A DNA stretch of 64,000 nt from NCBI GenBank assembly GCA_030017555.1, contig JASEIC010000001.1, forward strand, positions 2,571-66,570. Direction: 5' to 3'. Source of the stretch: Patescibacteria group bacterium (GTDB lineage Bacteria; Patescibacteriota; Minisyncoccia; UBA6257; GWB1-50-10). The notes under the pieces are model-generated. The model did not search any database and was not told the origin of the DNA. It worked only from the letters and a program-made list of their open reading frames with translations. Of this stretch, positions 37,967 to 45,208 are shown piece by piece. Within the stretch, counting starts at the first letter, position 1. Every line of letters starts with the position of its first letter. Made by a program: the position numbers and the translations under genes.

Positions 37967-40021
37967 GTGAAAACTCCTAATAAAAAATACGATTATGTAT
38001 TTATAGTGCCGGTTTTTAATGAGGCGTTCATTATTGATCGGTCTTTGAAACTGCTTCTTTCTTTTTTGGAAACCGAATGGATTCACAAAAACAGTGATTG
38101 GAAAATTATTGTGGCTGACAATGCTTCAGCCGATGATTCACGTCAAATTTTGGAAAAACTAAAAAAAGAAAACGAATCTCACGTTGATTACTTATTCGTA
38201 CCCATCAAAGGGCGTGGCAATGCCTTAAAAGAAGTTATAAAAACTTTTGATTCTCAATATTATCTTTATCTCGACGCCGACATACCAATCAATCTCAAGG
38301 AATTGCCCTCAATGTTCGGACCTCTTGAAAACAAAAGGGCTAATCTTACTGTTGGTAGTCGCCGCGGTAAAAGACCTTGGCAAAGAAAAATACTTACTTA
38401 CGGTCTAAAATTTATTGATTGGCTAATTTTTGATTTGAAAATTTCAGATTCTCAATGCGGTATCAAAGCCTTTGATCAAAAAACCGCTTCTTTATTATTA
38501 GAAAAATGCGAAGAAATTGGCTATTTTTTAGATACCGAACTTTTGATTCAAGCCCAAAACAATAATCTCAAAACCCAAGAAGTACCAATTAACTGGATTG
38601 AACAGCGTTACCCGGAAAGAAAAAGCAAAGTTAATTTAATATCCGACGCAATAAAAGCTTTAAATACTATTAAAAAATTAATTCTAAGAACTTGCCCAAA
38701 AATAATATCAAGCACAATCAGTATTGTTACAATCGGTATATTATTATTTGTTATTTTTATCTTTAACAAAATCTACCTTACACTTCCAAATTTTCTAGTT
38801 GCGCATCAATTCCAAGAATCTGCAAAAAAAGTGGTAATTTTTGCTTTTATTTTTTTTATATTTTCAATATTTATCTGGCATGTAACAAAGAAAATAAAAA
38901 ATCTCCCACAAAAATTTGCAACTTTTTTAATCGCTACTGTTTTTATTGCCATCTCCTTAATTGCTATTTTTACCAAACCAACCAGATCACAAGATATTTA
39001 CTGGAACTTACTTTTAACCAAAGGGTTTACTGAACAAGGTCTTAATCCTTACAAAACAACTCCAGAAATATTAAAAAACGATCCGTGGTCGCCGCCAGTT
39101 AAAGATTGGCGCAATCTTTCAATGACCCATGGACCTCTTTGGATTATATTTCTAAGCATTTTCACAACCTTAAAATTATCATTAAATACTTCTCTTATTT
39201 TTATAAAATTAATTTATTTTTTAATTTTGCTTTTTTCCGGTTTTTTAATTTTTAGATTAATGAATGAATTTAATTTTGATGCTGTGAAAAAAAATCAATT
39301 ACTTCTGGTTTTGGCTTGGAATCCAATTTTATTCCAAACAGCTTTAATTGATTTACATAATGATGTTTTTATTCTTTTTTCTATATTAATAAGTTTTTTC
39401 TTTTTTACCAGAAAAAAATACGAACTCAGCACATTGTCTTTGATAATCGGGGGGTTTATAAAATACGCCCCATGGCTTTTAATTCCCTTACCCCTTTTTT
39501 ATTTATTAAAAGGGGGTAACGTTAAAAAAAATATAATCAAAATTATCTTAGGAATCGGAGTTTTTTTGCTTCTAGCTTTCATATTTTATTTACCTTTTGG
39601 TTTTTCCGAGAAAAATTTTGTTGGTTTATCAGTCGAACTCTCTGAACGTAGCAACTATTTTTTTTCGCTTCCAAGTACAATAATTTTTCTGTTATTTCTA
39701 AACCCTTTACAAATAAAATTTTTAGGAATTATCCTGGGATTTTTTGCAATTTATTATTGTATTCAAAAAAATAAACCGTTTTTAGGCTACTTACTTCCTT
39801 TTTTATTAATTTTTCTTTTTGCCACGCCTTGGTTTCAACCATGGTACGTTTTATGGATTCTACCTCTTCTTGCTCTTTCCTGGTCAGTTGAAGCAATTCT
39901 ACTTTTTTCAACTATCCTTATTTTAATGCACGAAGCCATGCCATCTCTCATAATTTCTTTGTTAATCGGCCCTGCTATATTAATAATCTATCTAATAAAA
40001 AAATCGGGATTTTTAAAATAA
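37967..40021 (+). CDS. Fusion of a GT2 polyprenyl-phosphate sugar synthase domain with a large C-terminal polytopic (GT-C-like) membrane domain
   Basis: N-terminal YVFIVPVFNEA...LDADIP...SQCGIKAF GT2 motifs, then ~12 TM helices. Architecture resembles Ppm1/AglD-type fusions. Confidence 0.6.
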   Translation: MKTPNKKYDYVFIVPVFNEAFIIDRSLKLLLSFLETEWIHKNSDWKIIVADNASADDSRQILEKLKKENESHVDYLFVPIKGRGNALKEVIKTFDSQYYLYLDADIPINLKELPSMFGPLENKRANLTVGSRRGKRPWQRKILTYGLKFIDWLIFDLKISDSQCGIKAFDQKTASLLLEKCEEIGYFLDTELLIQAQNNNLKTQEVPINWIEQRYPERKSKVNLISDAIKALNTIKKLILRTCPKIISSTISIVTIGILLFVIFIFNKIYLTLPNFLVAHQFQESAKKVVIFAFIFFIFSIFIWHVTKKIKNLPQKFATFLIATVFIAISLIAIFTKPTRSQDIYWNLLLTKGFTEQGLNPYKTTPEILKNDPWSPPVKDWRNLSMTHGPLWIIFLSIFTTLKLSLNTSLIFIKLIYFLILLFSGFLIFRLMNEFNFDAVKKNQLLLVLAWNPILFQTALIDLHNDVFILFSILISFFFFTRKKYELSTLSLIIGGFIKYAPWLLIPLPLFYLLKGGNVKKNIIKIILGIGVFLLLAFIFYLPFGFSEKNFVGLSVELSERSNYFFSLPSTIIFLLFLNPLQIKFLGIILGFFAIYYCIQKNKPFLGYLLPFLLIFLFATPWFQPWYVLWILPLLALSWSVEAILLFSTILILMHEAMPSLIISLLIGPAILIIYLIKKSGFLK

Positions 40022-40075
40022 AACTCTTTTAGTAGATTTTTATTTGTTTGCGAGTTAGGATAATCTCGTATAACT

Positions 40076-40160
40076 GGGCAGGTGATGAAACTGGCAGACA
40101 TGCAAGGTTTAGGACCTTGTGCCGCAAGGCTTGAGGGTTCAAATCCCTCCCTGCCCACCA
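40076..40160 (+). tRNA. tRNA-Leu (anticodon UAG), class II with long variable arm; CCA encoded
   Basis: gggcaggtgatgaaactggcagacatgcaaggtttaggaccttgtgccgcaaggcttgagggttcaaatccctccctgcccacca. Anticodon loop ttTAGga. Confidence 0.85.
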
Positions 40161-40194
40161 AAACAGAACTGATTGGCTTTTTGAGAGTCAGATC

Positions 40195-40219
40195 GTGGGC
40201 GGCCGCAACGGCCGCCCAC
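40195..40219 (+). terminator. Very stable GC hairpin (gtgggcggccg caa cggccgcccac) followed by a U-rich tract; probable tRNA-Leu terminator
   Basis: 11-bp perfect GC stem with a 3-nt loop, then tgattttg. Confidence 0.55.
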
Positions 40220-40220
40220 T

Positions 40221-40297
40221 GATTTTGCGCACGACCAATTTCTTCTAAGAAGGAAAATAAAGTTTTTCTGCTCGGCTCCGCGCGAGTACGCGCGGGC
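40221..40297. repeat. Left copy of a ~77-bp GC-rich inverted repeat flanking gene 40365..42755
   Basis: gattttgcgcacgaccaatttcttctaagaaggaaaataaagtttttctgctcggctccgcgcgagtacgcgcgggc. Its reverse complement matches 42919..42995 with 1 mismatch and 1 indel. Confidence 0.85.
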
Positions 40298-40364
40298 TAA
40301 AAATAAAAATGGATGATAGTATTAAAATGTGGTATATTTGTACTATCGTATTTAACACAATCCC

Positions 40365-42755
40365 ATGCCTAAATCTATCAAGCACAATATACTTCCAGTT
40401 GTAGTTTTTATCACCGGAGCGTGCGTTTTGATTGTGGAAATAGTCGCAACTCGTGTGCTTTCTCCGTTTTATGGAAACACGATTTTTACAGTTTCCAGCG
40501 TAATTAGTGTCATCCTTGCAGCTTTGAGTGTTGGGTATTATGCAGGAGGTCGGCTTGCTGATCGTCACCCTTCTTTACGTTGGTTTTTCAGCATAATTCT
40601 TTTGAGCGGTCTTGCTTTACTCTTGTTTCATTTTATAGGCGCAATCGCTCTGCCGATTTTGGGGTATACGCTCTCAATTTCGGCTGGGCCGTTGATTTCT
40701 TCTTTACTTCTATTTTTCATCCCAGCATTTCTACTTGGCACATTATCTCCATACGCCGTTAAACTTCAAAGCGTAAATTTTCCTGAGCAAGGCATTGGAA
40801 GTGTTGCGGGAAAAATTTTCTTTTGGTCTACACTTGGAAGTATCGTCGGAAGTTTATTAGCCGGCTTTATACTCATTCCGTATTTCGGAGTAAATCAGAT
40901 TATCATTGCAAACGGAGTTGTATTATTTTTTCTCGGTTTGATACCGCTCTCAATATTAGGTGAGAAAAAATATCTAGGTAAATCTTTGTTGGCATTGATA
41001 ATTCTCGTTAGTATCTCGCTATATATTTTCCACACAACAAGAGAAAATGTTTTATATAGCAAAGACGGAATATACGAAAAAATCACTATTTATGATGGTC
41101 AGTTTGCCGGACGGCCAACAAGATTTTTCGAGCAAGATCGTAGCAGATCGGGCGCTATGTTTTTAGATTCCAATGACCCAAAAGATTTAGTGTATGACTA
41201 TACAAAATATTATTCACTCTACAAAGTATTCAATCCGGAAGTTAAAAATGCCCTCGTAATAGGCGGCGGCATGTATTCGATCCCAAAAGCATTGCTCGCA
41301 GATTTACCGAACGCAACTATTGATGTTTCAGAAATAGAGCCTTTATTATACGACCTCGCAAAAAAATACTTCGGCGTAAATGACAATCCGCGACTCCACA
41401 ATTACATCAATGACGGCCGCCGCCTACTTCACGATTCAAGCAAAAATTATGACCTGATATTTAGCGATGTGTGCTATTCGCTTTCAATACCAGCACACTT
41501 CACGACTGAAGATTTTTTTGAAATTGCTAAAGAGAAACTAAATAAAGATGGAATTTTCGTTACGAACATAATAGGCGATTTGTCACGCCAGCAACCCTCG
41601 CTAATCATGTCGGAAATCAAAACTTTTCAAGCTGTTTTTCCAAATAGTTATTTTTTTGCGGTTGAATCACCAAAAAAAACTCAATCGCAAAATATCATTT
41701 TTGTTGGGTACAATAGCGATAAACATATTGATCTGAACGCACCGTCAATCATTGCTAATTCCGACCCGATTATCCGTTCTCTACAAAATAAAGTTATAGA
41801 TACGAATAGATTTGATTTATCGCCCTATCCGATAATGACGGACAATTACTCGCCAGTAGAATATTTGACGGGCCAAGTGTTGCAAAGAACTTTCAATCAG
41901 AAGGATTTTTTTGATGGAAAAGAAATGTTAGCAATTATTGATCAACAATTACGCTATGGCCCGCGTTATCCAACCGCAACTGGGCATAAGCAAGTACAAG
42001 ATTTTCTCGTTGCGGAAATGAAGGAGCTAACGCAAGAAGTAAAGACGCAAACATGGCAACACACCGAATCAAACGGGAAATCGTATGAATTGACAAACAT
42101 TATTGCTCGACTATATCCAACACAGACAAAGCGCATAATACTTGCAACACACTATGACAGTCAAAAAAATTCTTTCAAAAATTCCTCCAATCAAGATCAA
42201 CCATCGCCAGGTGCCAACAATTCAGCTTCAGGCGTTGCGATATTAGTCGAGCTGGCTCGTCTTTTGGGTAATTCTCATGTGTTGCCGAGCGTTGGTGTTG
42301 ATATTGTATTTTTTGACGGCAAGGAAGGAGAGGAAAATCAAAGTGGAGATTTTACGAACTGGAAACCGCTCGGCTCCGCTTATTTTGCACAACATCTGAA
42401 CGAAATTTATGGGAATAATAAACCAGTGTCCGGTGTTGTGTTAGATATGGTCTGTGATAAGGATTTGAAAATTTCTAAAGAGGCTTCGTCTGTGAAAAAC
42501 GCTCCAACTCAAACAGAAGCATTTTGGAATATCGCGCGAAAAATCAACAGCAATGTATTTCAGAATAAGGTTGGGCAAGAAATTCGAGACGATCATACTT
42601 CACTCAACCAAGCTGGCATACCGAGCTTTCTTGTGATTGATTACGATTATCCTCAATACGCGACCACGAACGATACTATAGATAAATGCAGTTCTGAAAG
42701 TTTACAAACGGTTGCCGAGGCAGTTTGGAATTATGTCTACTACGGAGTTCAATAA
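40365..42755 (+). CDS. Three-part fusion: N-terminal MFS-like polytopic membrane domain, central spermidine-synthase-like (class I MTase fold) domain, and C-terminal M28-peptidase / glutaminyl-cyclase-like domain
   Basis: ~8 N-terminal TMs. Spermidine-synthase-like core VIGGGMYSIPKALL...DLIFSDV. C-terminal M28-like ATHYDSQKN...PGANNSASGVAILVELARLL...VVLDMV. Confidence 0.6.
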   Translation: MPKSIKHNILPVVVFITGACVLIVEIVATRVLSPFYGNTIFTVSSVISVILAALSVGYYAGGRLADRHPSLRWFFSIILLSGLALLLFHFIGAIALPILGYTLSISAGPLISSLLLFFIPAFLLGTLSPYAVKLQSVNFPEQGIGSVAGKIFFWSTLGSIVGSLLAGFILIPYFGVNQIIIANGVVLFFLGLIPLSILGEKKYLGKSLLALIILVSISLYIFHTTRENVLYSKDGIYEKITIYDGQFAGRPTRFFEQDRSRSGAMFLDSNDPKDLVYDYTKYYSLYKVFNPEVKNALVIGGGMYSIPKALLADLPNATIDVSEIEPLLYDLAKKYFGVNDNPRLHNYINDGRRLLHDSSKNYDLIFSDVCYSLSIPAHFTTEDFFEIAKEKLNKDGIFVTNIIGDLSRQQPSLIMSEIKTFQAVFPNSYFFAVESPKKTQSQNIIFVGYNSDKHIDLNAPSIIANSDPIIRSLQNKVIDTNRFDLSPYPIMTDNYSPVEYLTGQVLQRTFNQKDFFDGKEMLAIIDQQLRYGPRYPTATGHKQVQDFLVAEMKELTQEVKTQTWQHTESNGKSYELTNIIARLYPTQTKRIILATHYDSQKNSFKNSSNQDQPSPGANNSASGVAILVELARLLGNSHVLPSVGVDIVFFDGKEGEENQSGDFTNWKPLGSAYFAQHLNEIYGNNKPVSGVVLDMVCDKDLKISKEASSVKNAPTQTEAFWNIARKINSNVFQNKVGQEIRDDHTSLNQAGIPSFLVIDYDYPQYATTNDTIDKCSSESLQTVAEAVWNYVYYGVQ

Positions 42756-42918
42756 AAAGTAGCCCGCGCCCGCCGAAAATCCGCCGCGCATTCCTCCCGC
42801 ACCCTCCTGCGCGGCGGATACAAAATCTCGCAGTTTTGAAAAAAGAGCCGAGGCAAAGCAAATCCTTTTCCTCCCGCAAAAATAGTTTTGCTTTGCCTTG
42901 TCCGCTTTGTGTCCCGCC

Positions 42919-42995
42919 GCTCGCGCGTACTCGCGCGGAGCCGAGCAGAAAAACTTTATTTTCCTTCTTAGAAGAAATTGGTCGTGCGCAAATCC
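42919..42995. repeat. Right copy of the ~77-bp inverted repeat
   Basis: gctcgcgcgtactcgcgcggagccgagcagaaaaactttattttccttcttagaagaaattggtcgtgcgcaaatc is the reverse complement of 40221..40297. Confidence 0.85.
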
Positions 42996-43130
42996 GAAAA
43001 GCAAGGAACATTTTTCTTTGAGATTGCCGAGTGAAGCAAGGCGGTGGCGGGACGATTCATTCAGCGATTTTGGAAATAGGTGCGAGCTTGGTACAATAGA
43101 GACACCAAAATTTGAAGGTAACTACAAAAT

Positions 43131-44015
43131 TTATTTTCTTCTTCGGCCATGGAAAGCTTCGTGAACTTCGCGAAGTTCTTTATTGGTAATGTGCGTGTAA
43201 ATCTGAGTCGTTGAGATGTTGGCGTGCCCCAGAAGCTCCTGGACCGAGCGCAAATCCGCGCCGTTTATCAAAAGATCGGTCGCAAAACAATGTCTTAAGA
43301 GATGCGGATGAACTTTTTTAGAAATCCCGGCCTCACGAGACCTTAAATCAACTAATCGCTCAACTGCTCGAGGCGTAATTCGTCCAATAACTTCGTTGCT
43401 CTTTGTTAAACTCACAAAAAGAGCTTCTTCAATATCAGTTCGTTTATTTAAATATTTTTTAATGGTTTGTTTTGCCATATCAGCCAGAAAAACAACACGC
43501 AATTTATCGCCTTTGCCGCGGATAGATATTTCACCACGCTCCAAATCAATATTGCGATTTAACTTGCAAAGTTCAGATAACCGAAGACCCGTAGAAAACA
43601 GGATTTCTAAAATCGCGCGATCCCTCAAGCTCCGAAGATCGTTGCCGCCTGAAGCATTAAGCAAGCGTTCTAATTCTTTATAATCCAAAATTTCGATATC
43701 GCGACGCGAAACTTTTGGCAATTCAATTGTTTCGGGAGATAAAACTTCTATACCGCGTTTAATTAAATATTTTAAAAAATTTCTGATGGCAATGACATAA
43801 TAGCTTTGGGTTATTTTTTTCAGTTCTTGCCTTGAAAGGGAAACGCGAAAACTTCTTATCACTTCGGGCGTAATATCTTTTACTTTTTTAATGTTTGTTC
43901 CTTTTACGAATGCATTTAAATAACGCTCATAATTTTCCCGGGTTTTCAAAGACCGGTTTTTTTCAACTTCCAAATAATCCAGGTAGTCTTTTAAATAATT
44001 TTCTATTTCACTCAT
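43131..44015 (-). CDS. Tyrosine recombinase, XerC/XerD-like
   Basis: Catalytic R...HxxR...Y tetrad (LRDRAILEILFSTGLRLSEL; HLLRHCFATDLL; GHANISTTQIYTH). 294 aa. Confidence 0.8.
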   Translation of the reverse strand: MSEIENYLKDYLDYLEVEKNRSLKTRENYERYLNAFVKGTNIKKVKDITPEVIRSFRVSLSRQELKKITQSYYVIAIRNFLKYLIKRGIEVLSPETIELPKVSRRDIEILDYKELERLLNASGGNDLRSLRDRAILEILFSTGLRLSELCKLNRNIDLERGEISIRGKGDKLRVVFLADMAKQTIKKYLNKRTDIEEALFVSLTKSNEVIGRITPRAVERLVDLRSREAGISKKVHPHLLRHCFATDLLINGADLRSVQELLGHANISTTQIYTHITNKELREVHEAFHGRRRK

Positions 44016-44139
44016 GATATTATTTTAATACCAAAGTGTCGCAAAATAAAGACCATTCCAATAAAAATATCGAAAAACACACAAAGATTTTACGCGGTCT
44101 TTTGACATAAAAAGTATCTTATATTAAGATTAAATTGCT

Positions 44140-44406
44140 ATGCTATCAAAAAGACAAAAAACAGCTGCAATTAAAGATTTTTCAAGGCACGACACTGACA
44201 CTGGTTCAGCTGAAGTCCAAATCGGTCTTTTATCAAAGCAAATAAAAGAATTAGCCGAACATTTGAAAAAACACTCAAAAGATCATCATTCCCGAAGAGG
44301 ACTTTTAATGATGGTCGGAAAACGCCGAAAATTCCTTCAATACTTAAAACGAGAAAACGAAAAACACTACGAGAAACTTGTAAAAAAGTTAGAACTCAAA
44401 GTGTAG
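44140..44406 (+). CDS. rpsO: 30S ribosomal protein S15
   Basis: TGSAEVQIGLLSKQIKELAEHLKKHSKDHHSRRGLLMMVGKRRKFLQYL. Confidence 0.9.
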   Translation: MLSKRQKTAAIKDFSRHDTDTGSAEVQIGLLSKQIKELAEHLKKHSKDHHSRRGLLMMVGKRRKFLQYLKRENEKHYEKLVKKLELKV

Positions 44407-44427
44407 AAATTTTAAATTAATAATTAC

Positions 44428-44955
44428 ATGACAAACAATCATCCGGCCCAGCGAGTGGGAATTTTTATTGATGTTCAGAATATTTATCACTCGGCAAAAA
44501 ATCTTTATCATTCGCGCGTAAATTTTAACGAACTCATCAAAGCCCTTGTTGGCAACAGGTCTTTAATTCGATCCGTTGCTTATGTGGTAAAAAGTGAAAC
44601 GGCTTTTGGCGAAGAATCTTTTTTTGACGCCTTAAGAAAAACCGGCTTGGAACTCCGCGTAAAAGACTTGCAAATTTACCCGGGCGGCAGTAAAAAGGCT
44701 GACTGGGATGTCGGACTAGCAGTTGACGCCATCAGAATGGCTAATTCCTTAGACGTAATAATTTTAGTGACCGGTGACGGAGATTTTATTCCTCTTGTTG
44801 ATTATTTACGCTGGGGTATGGGCCGCCAAGTAGAAATTGCGTCGTTTAGCCGGACAGCTTCAAGCAAGCTTCGCGAAACTTCTGATATTTTTTATGAAAT
44901 TGAAAATATCCCAAAAATACTTTTAAAAATCAGAGGGGTTAAATCTAAAAAATAA
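44428..44955 (+). CDS. NYN-domain (LabA/YacP-like) putative RNase
   Basis: VGIFIDVQNIYHSAK...VTGDGDFIPLV acidic motifs of the NYN/PIN-like fold. Confidence 0.65.
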   Translation: MTNNHPAQRVGIFIDVQNIYHSAKNLYHSRVNFNELIKALVGNRSLIRSVAYVVKSETAFGEESFFDALRKTGLELRVKDLQIYPGGSKKADWDVGLAVDAIRMANSLDVIILVTGDGDFIPLVDYLRWGMGRQVEIASFSRTASSKLRETSDIFYEIENIPKILLKIRGVKSKK

Positions 44956-45208
44956 AGGCTTTGTCTCCGACCTTGCGTCGGAGCAATAAAACCTTACCCC
45001 GCCAAGAGTTTTATAAATACAGTAATTAGCAATAAAATGTTTAATAGCAATCAAAACAATTTTAAGTCGAATAAGCGTCCAGTTAAAAACTGGAGCGAGG
45101 TGCTCAATGTTGTAGTAAAATTGATTGCTCCGCAATCATCCCGCATACTGCGGGATGGAAGCGAGGCTTCCACTTCGCGTTGGGCTTGTAAATTTTAATA
45201 ACATTGGC

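Noticed and set aside
40201-40208. NotI site GCGGCCGC in the hairpin after tRNA-Leu, considered as a cloning scar
   Set aside because: It is part of an 11-bp natural GC stem functioning as a terminator-like hairpin. No vector-like sequence surrounds it.
42676-43164. Four overlapping track ORFs (42676..43011-, 42702..43004-, 42725..43021+, 42898..43164+)
   Set aside because: They lie in a GC-rich hairpin and inverted-repeat island where stop codons are rare in all frames. The peptides are low-complexity Arg/Ala/Gly-rich with no starts with SD. Interpreted as structured non-coding DNA or RNA.
43131-44015. Tyrosine recombinase as proof of an integrated prophage or ICE
   Set aside because: A 294-aa protein with XerC/XerD-like N-terminal and catalytic motifs is equally consistent with the housekeeping chromosome-dimer resolvase. 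No phage or conjugation genes are adjacent. It is kept only as context for the inverted-repeat cassette.
45125-45208. Upstream extension of pnp (track start 45125)
   Set aside because: The extension translates through GC hairpins (MLRNHPAYCGMEARLPLRVGLVNFNNIG...). The canonical PNPase N-terminus starts at MSLSRK (45209).
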